Assembly: GCF_009914755.1 (NCBI RefSeq) | Contig: NC_060927.1 | DNA length: 64,000 nt | Reading direction: 5' to 3' (one strand) | From: the human T2T-CHM13v2.0 reference genome, Homo sapiens | Shown here: positions 53,743 to 64,000 of the stretch, piece after piece | How the letters are laid out: each line of letters starts with the position of its first letter | How positions within the stretch are numbered: the first letter of the stretch is position 1 | Notes under the pieces: generated by a model | Seen by the model: only the letters and a program-made list of their open reading frames with translations | What the model was told of the DNA's origin: nothing | Database searches by the model: none | Program-made: the position numbers and the translations under genes

Positions 53743-53823
53743 TTTGTTAAAAAAAAAAAAAGTTAGTGGGAAATCCACTGGATTGGGAGGGGACTGGTCT
53801 TCTGGAATTAGATCTAAACATAG

Positions 53824-54201
<378 letters not shown>

Positions 54202-54489
54202 TGGAGTCACAAATTTTGGAGGGAGATGAGGAGGCAGAGAAGGAGAACTCAAGTCATTGTCTAAGGCTTTCAAATAGGAAAGCATCATGGTGGTGGCTAA
54301 CAGCCTTTTGTGGGGCAACATGAGGCCACACCCCAGGGATGAGAAGCAGCCCATACTTTAGCGATGCATTCTATAGCTATGAATTATCACCAATACAGTA
54401 ACAATAGTGACTACTGAGCACTCTGCATGCCTAGATTTCATACTGACTTTCAGTGCTTTACTGCCATTAACCCAATGACTTGATGCATC

Positions 54490-55020
54490 AGGCAGAGCAC
54501 ATCTGTTGTGGGTGACAAACCCCAACTCAAACTGGCTTATGCCAAAATGGGCATTTATGGGTTCCTTAACTGAGAGATTCAAGGGAGTATTCTTGGCTTC
54601 AGGAACCACTAAATCCAGGGTCTCAAACAAAGTTTCTCAAACAGGATTCTCTCTCCCTCTCTGTCTCCCTCTCCTCCCCCATCCCCACCAATCTCCCTGT
54701 TTCTTTCTTTTTTTTTATTTCCAGGAAAATTGGATACCAGTAGCTCAAGTCTGTGCTCTTACAACTCATAATATAAAAGCAAGATACGCTGTCTTCCAAC
54801 AGCCCCATGTCATATCTCATGGAGGGACTCTGATTAGGCCACTCCCTTAAATCAGTTTCTGTGGACAGGGACATGGGGCACAATGATTTTCTGGGACTAG
54901 ATCACATGCTCACTCCCTTCACCCAATAGGGATTGGGGGAACAGGGGTTGCCAGTCCCACCAGACACACATGGGATGGTCATATCCTAATTGAAAAAGGG
55001 ATGACCAGCAGAGAGAAATA
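54490..55020 (-). mobile_element. MLT1 (K/L-like) LTR
   Basis: gtgacaaaccccaactcaaactggctta...gggactctgattaggcc. Confidence 0.6.
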
Positions 55021-55379
55021 ACCCAGATTCATTAGTGTTAATATCCCCATTTTATAGAAAAGGTAATTGAGATTAGAGAAACTGCAAACCCGCCCAAGAT
55101 CTCCTAACAAAGTCAAATATGTCTGTCTCCAGTTCAAAGGTCTCATCAGTACTCAGTGATGCTTCTTCCACCTGCTAATCTCATAGGATCCTCTAACCCA
55201 CGCAGGAAGTTTATAGGCAGGATTATCTCCCTTTCCAAAAGCCAGAACAATAACCTGGCACCCTCAATCCAGACCCTGGCACCAATGCCACATCTGACCC
55301 AGCACACCCAGGTCACCCAAGGAGCCTCCCGTCCCGACCCAGATTGCAGCAAGAGCCAGGCTGGAGCTTAGGAATGCAG

Positions 55380-56242
<863 letters not shown>

Positions 56243-57519
56243 AGGAAGAGAGAGAGGGAAGGAAGACGGAGAGAGGGAGAGAGGAGTTTTCTGTGCCTCA
56301 ATTAAAGATTCCATGTAGTAAACCACAAGCATTTCAAAGATGTTGATTGACCTCTTAAACTAGAATGAACATGAAGAAAATAAAACCATTACAAGCATTA
56401 GAGGATTTATTGGCTAAGCCTGGCTGCTTTTCGTATTATTCCCTATGTTTTCCTTTTACTGGAACCACAGGACCAAAGTCCAGGGCATGGGGGGAGACAG
56501 GAAGCGACAGAAACGGAAAAAATAAAGGAAGGAAAGAGAGAAGGAAAGACAGACAGGAAGAATAAAATAGAGGGAAGAGGGTGGATGGAGGATAGGAAGA
56601 AGAGTTCAAGAAGGGTGGGAGGAACCCACCTAAGCCTGATAATTCTCAATGAGGATGGAAAGTAAATAATGCAGGGTCATTCTGCAAGCCCACACTGTAA
56701 TACACAAACCCCACTACGCCCAGGAGCTGGCATGGTATGGGCCCATGACAGGCCATTAAATGGAAGCTAGACAGAAAATATGATCCATGGAATTAAAGGC
56801 CTTAGAAGGAGGCTTGCTCTGAAGCAAAAAGAAGGAAACAAAGATCAGGGCTGACATAGGGAGGGAGTAGAAAGAGTGCGGAATGTGTCACGCCCTTCCT
56901 CTGCCAGGAGACCTCTGTCTTCCCCTGTGGCTATGATGACAATATGAAGGGATGTTTATTGCTAACACAGCAAAATGTGGTCCAGTGGCCAGGAGTTTCC
57001 CTGGCATGATTCATTCATGTTCTGAGCAAATGAACAAGAGTTTGCATTGTTGGAGGGGTTGTGGCACACATAAGGTAGTGGGGCGAAAGTGTGGAGATGT
57101 GGCCGCTCGTGTCAGCAGTCGCTGGAGGCAGGTACAGATGCTGCACACTGATGGAGTCCCTGCAAAATCCCCACCTCTCAACTCAGGTTCTGGGAGCCCT
57201 GGGGAAACACAATGTGGACCTTGGTTTTACTGTAAAGAATAGCAAGCATGTGTATTCTCTTGGGAAGGGCAGACGGCCTCAGGCCAGCATCTCAGATGCT
57301 GCTTTTTAAGCAAGGAGGAGTTTACAAAAAGATAGGAATACAAGCAAAAACAATAGAAAGGATGACTGCAAAAAGGAGGGAGAATTGCTAAGGTAGCAAC
57401 TTGGGGGGTGAGATGCCTGGTGAAATGTCTGAGGGGAAATCAAGTAAACCTCCTCCACCAACTCCACTCCTATGCCCCCATCCCTAGGCAGTTTGTTCCT
57501 GCTGGGACCATTCGTTCAG

Positions 57520-57925
57520 TGCTAGAACTCACAAAACCCTTTCTGACAGGCAAACATAGATAATTTACTGACTCATGTAATTGAAAAGCCCAAGGATTAA
57601 ATGGTATCAGGCATGGCTGGATCCAGGAGCTCATGAAGTGCTATCAAGACTGTTTTTCTCCCTCTGTCTCTTGGATCTGTTTCTGTCTCTGCTGGCAGGA
57701 TGTCTCCAGTCCTAATAGGGGTGGTGGCAGCCATCCCTGCCTAAGGGGTGCTTCTCTTTCTCAATAGTTTCCAAAAAATCTCAGGCCTGAGTCTTATTGG
57801 CCACGGTTGGGACACGTGCCATCCCCAGAGCCAGGGATAAGGAGTGAGTCCCAGCCAGATCGAGGTGTTAATAGCCAAATGATGACAAATGGCTATTGTA
57901 CAGACAAAAACAACAGATGTAACCA
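57520..57925 (-). mobile_element. MLT1 (K/L-like) LTR
   Basis: atttactgactcatgtaattgaaaagccc...tcaggcatggctggatccaggagctca...tcttattggccacggttgggacacgtgcc. Confidence 0.6.
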
Positions 57926-58169
57926 CAGAAGCTGTGTGGATAGCCACAAGATAATAGCACCCCTCCCCCACGAATTTAAACACAGATGCTGGTTGCTAGG
58001 GAGGGATGCTGAGGTCAACACACACATTGGTTATTTTCTGAAACAGAGAGAGCTTGGTGGAAAAGATTCCTCTCCTGGCTGGTCGTTGGGAGTTTTCTTG
58101 GCAAATCCATTCTGAATCTCCAGAATTAGCAGACCTAGAGGAGGCATGTGAAGACTTTGCTGGAATGCT

Positions 58170-59588
<1,419 letters not shown>

Positions 59589-59865
59589 GTCAAGTTCTTG
59601 ATGAATGGGAAAGTTTACTGAGAAGAGGAGAGGAAAATCTTTGAGTATATTTTTAGCCAATGAAGACTTTCTTTTTGATACTTACTTTCCAAACAAAAAT
59701 ATATTAATTTCTTACTCTGAGTCAGCGGCACCTGTGCTGGACACAGGTTTGCCAGCAAACAAGACAGACACACGCCTTGCCTTTTAGGAAATTATAATCC
59801 AATAGGAAAGACAGATACTAAATTAACAGTTCAGCCAAACTTAATGGGTACTAGCCCTAACTCTC

Positions 59866-60388
59866 TTGTGGCAGATTGTATTTTCCAAAGATGGCTTCAA
59901 TATGCTCTCTTTCAATGTGACTAACACTATTCCATTGAGATACAGGATCTGCGTTCCCTGTCCTTGAAACCGGTTGGACTGCTATGACCAATAGAATGTT
60001 GTGGAAGTGACACTGAGTGACTTTAAGTCAATAAAAGTTTCCACCAATCTTTATTTCTCTCTCTCTCTCTCTTTTTCTCAGGACTCTCTCCTTTGGGATC
60101 CAGTCACCATGTTGTGAGGAAGCCCAGACCACATGGAGAGGCCACATATAGAGGTTCTAGCCAATGACTCCAGCTAAAGCCTCAGTCAACAGACAGCATT
60201 CACGTGAATGAACAGGTCTTCAGATGAACCCAGCCCCAAGCCTTTGTCCCTTTCAGCTCAGTCCGCAGACACCAAGAAGCATGGAGAAGCATTTGCCCTA
60301 TCGAATTCCCAATCCACCGAATCCACGAGTGATTGTTTTATGCCACTAGGTTTTGGAACAATTTGTTCTGCAGCCATGGCAACTATAT
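59866..60388 (+). mobile_element. MLT1 (F/G-like) LTR
   Basis: tgtggcagattgtattttccaaagatggc...ccatgttgtgaggaagcccagaccacatggagaggccac...ttttatgccactaggttttgg. Confidence 0.75.
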
Positions 60389-61334
60389 TACCTCTCTAGG
60401 TTTCCTTGCACAAAAGAACACTGGACTGGAAATAAAGTGAGTGGAATATTCCCATCCCTTTCTCTTAATAGCTGTTGACACTCAGTAGCTGTGTGAACTT
60501 GGGCATGTCATTTCTCATCTCCAGGTTCTTTATCCTCCCTCCTGAAATACAGGGATGGAGTTGGATGATTTCTAAGACCCTAGGAAGCTTGAAAATTGTA
60601 TCAACAGAGACTCTTTATGGAATGACCCAATTAAAACCATGTCAATTGATATGGCAAGAGGTGAACTTTTTAACTGAAATTCTTGATTTTTTGTTTTATC
60701 TTTCTGGGAGGTGAACTCAACTAAAGCCATTAGGAAAGCAAAAGGGCTCCTCTAATGCATAATTCATGAAAGGAGAGTGGGTTTGACCCAACAGGTCATT
60801 TGGAATAAAAATGCCATAAAAATAAAATATGTTATCCCTCCCCTTCTGCCCCCCCACCATCCCTCACACTAGCTAATGGAGGGGAAGAGTGAATTAAACT
60901 GGAGTTCAGGTCAAAGGTTTAGTTGATTTATTCCAGAATGGTCATTCCCTCCAGCTGCTCAAGTAACAATAGACATTGCAGATGTTCAGGCAGTTTTGTC
61001 CCCACCCCAGGGCCCTTGTCCTGAGTGATAAGTCCCCTCCTCCTTCCCTGGGGAGATGAACTCATTTTCTAATGGCCTGCCCAATTAGGAAGCATATGAG
61101 TCTAGCGAGAAGACACCTTGTCTGCTTCAAAAGCTTTGGGGAAATTCCCCAAAGGGCCAACCTGTTTCACAGAGGCAAAGGGAAAAAAAGTAGACAGCCT
61201 GTAATTAGTATAATAACCTGTTCAGATTCCACCTGCCTGTGATTTCCCCAGCTTGTTCATCCATTCATGTATTCATTCACTCAGGCAACAAATATTTACA
61301 GAGCAGCTGTGATGTGTAAGCCCTGGTGATATGA

Positions 61335-62269
<935 letters not shown>

Positions 62270-62529
62270 TACAATGCACCCTTTTAAACCAATTCCCACC
62301 AAAAGGGAATGAGATTACCATGAATAGTTTCCTGGATTGGGAAGAGGTCACCTTCTGTGAGGATCTTGCCCAACTCTTGATACCTAATGGGTATCAAGAG
62401 GTGGGCAAAAAAAAAAAAAAACAAACAAAAAGATACCTGATGGGTTCTTGTTATCAAGGAAGAAGAGGGGATAGCTTTTGGGTGAACAATGATCCATGTG
62501 TGCTACACTGGTCAATCAGGGCACCATGC

Positions 62530-62892
62530 TGTCTGGGCTATGGTGATTGGTTCAGGATGGACATATTACTCAAGCCAAGCCAATCAGAGTTAGTCTTGGG
62601 AATTTTGCTGTACTCACCAGGAAAAGGATCTTAGTCTTTCCTGAAAGCATCGAGGGTAAGAAACAGGACAGCCATAACAGCACCATGGGAACCCTGAGAA
62701 TAAAGCCAACACAAAGAGAAAAATGAAGTGGATCCAAGAGAGGGAAAGAGATCAAATCTGGCTGGCTAATTCAGAACCCCTAAATCCAACCTAGGCTGAA
62801 GCTAACTCTACCCTTGGGCAGAAAAAAAGTTCCTTTTTGCTAGTTCACCTTGGTTTGTATCTTCTGTTTATTGTACCTAAAAGATTCCTAAG
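62530..62892 (+). mobile_element. MLT1-like LTR fragment
   Basis: gtgattggttcaggatggacat...agccaatcagag...ggtttgtatcttctgtttattgtacctaaaagattccta. Confidence 0.55.
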
Positions 62893-64000
62893 GAGTACAA
62901 GTGGCAAACAAGGTAGACAAGCCTGTGCCCTTATGGAGTTCACAGTCAAAACAGGGAGACAGGTACCGGACAAAGAATTACAAGAACAATGTGGGTTACA
63001 AAGGTCAAGTGCAGGGGACACGAAGACCACATAAATAAACGGGCCAGCCTAGTGTAGGAATCGAGAAGAGTCCCTGAGGAAATGTGGTTCAAGCTGAGCT
63101 TGAAAGGGCAATGGCTGTTTCCCAGCATTAGACTCCAATGTTACCCCTGACTTCACAGACGTAGCAGGGGACAGGCACTCACTGGGGAAGCCTGCTCTGT
63201 TTCATTAGGACTGTGCAACTGTTCCACACTCCAACATACCCCTCAGTCTTTCATCCATTCTTCCAACACCCTAATTTGTTCAAAAGCTGCCAAGAATGAT
63301 CAGATTTTTTTCCCCCTGCACTCCTGTAAAAGCCTTTAGTTCCGGAGAAAGACTGTGATTTCTTTCATGTTTAGGAGTGTTTTCTTTTCTTCTTAATTCC
63401 TTCCCTCCCTGTGTAAATTGGAGCAGTCAAATCAGGTCTTGAGGTAGGGAAGGGACCAAAAGAACTCCCAGCCAGGTGCAGGTCATCAGTGAGGCTGAGA
63501 GACACTGTAAGTGGGGAAGCCCTGCAGGAAATATGGACCTCACACTCCCCAGATAGAAAAGTCTCTCAGGCCACTCTCTTCGAACCTCACCCAGGGATGT
63601 TCTCTGGCATCATGCACTGACTCGGAAGGGAGAAAAGCTCTTGGTCCAAATGTCCCAGTGCCGCTGTGAGCTCCAACAAGTCTCTGAGCTTCAATCTCCT
63701 AATCTGCAAAATGGAAAAAATACACACTGAGTCGTACCTGCCTCAGAGGGCTTGGGTGCATCAAAGGTGATGTTGTGAATAGGCCAGGAAGCACGCTCCA
63801 GCATCCAGTCATGATCCACAGTCTCACACTTCCATTCGACTAGGGTCCTCAGGCCCCATTCTCCAGCCCCAAGCACAGAGACCAAATCTCCCAGTTCTCT
63901 TTCTTTGGGTTCCATGCCACCCATACTCCCATCTCATGTCCACCATGACAGCTTCCAGAGCTAGGCCCAGGACACATGTGCTAATTGGAAGGGTCACTGT

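Overview
Primate (most likely human) euchromatic non-coding DNA, intergenic or deep intronic. It contains about 24 dimeric Alus and 6 Alu monomers, plus many ancient MIR, L2, MaLR (MLT1, THE1), ERVL (LTR16, LTR33), hAT/Tigger DNA-transposon and L1M remnants, often nested. I find no supportable protein-coding gene, structural RNA gene or CRISPR array; the longer ORFs I checked derive from Alu, microsatellite or low-complexity sequence. Repeat families were recognised by eye from remembered consensus sequences, so subfamily names and ends are approximate, and I could not identify the locus. The most unusual structure is a ~205-bp, ~94%-identical inverted duplication of mostly non-repetitive sequence (30986-31197 / 31649-31852, 451-bp spacer) with a near-perfect fold-back palindrome at its outer junction. 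About 1.1 kb downstream lies a small orphan CpG island with two CACGTG E-boxes (~32995-33355), followed by an LTR16-borne CTCF-like motif. Other points of interest are a (CAC/CAT)n array with 111/144/145-bp higher-order units, a GGAA microsatellite, a THE1 solo LTR with a DUX4-type site, and a triple retro-insertion hotspot inside MER91A that includes an unexplained ~50-bp A-tailed insert. I cannot support a claim of a new multi-gene system from this sequence.
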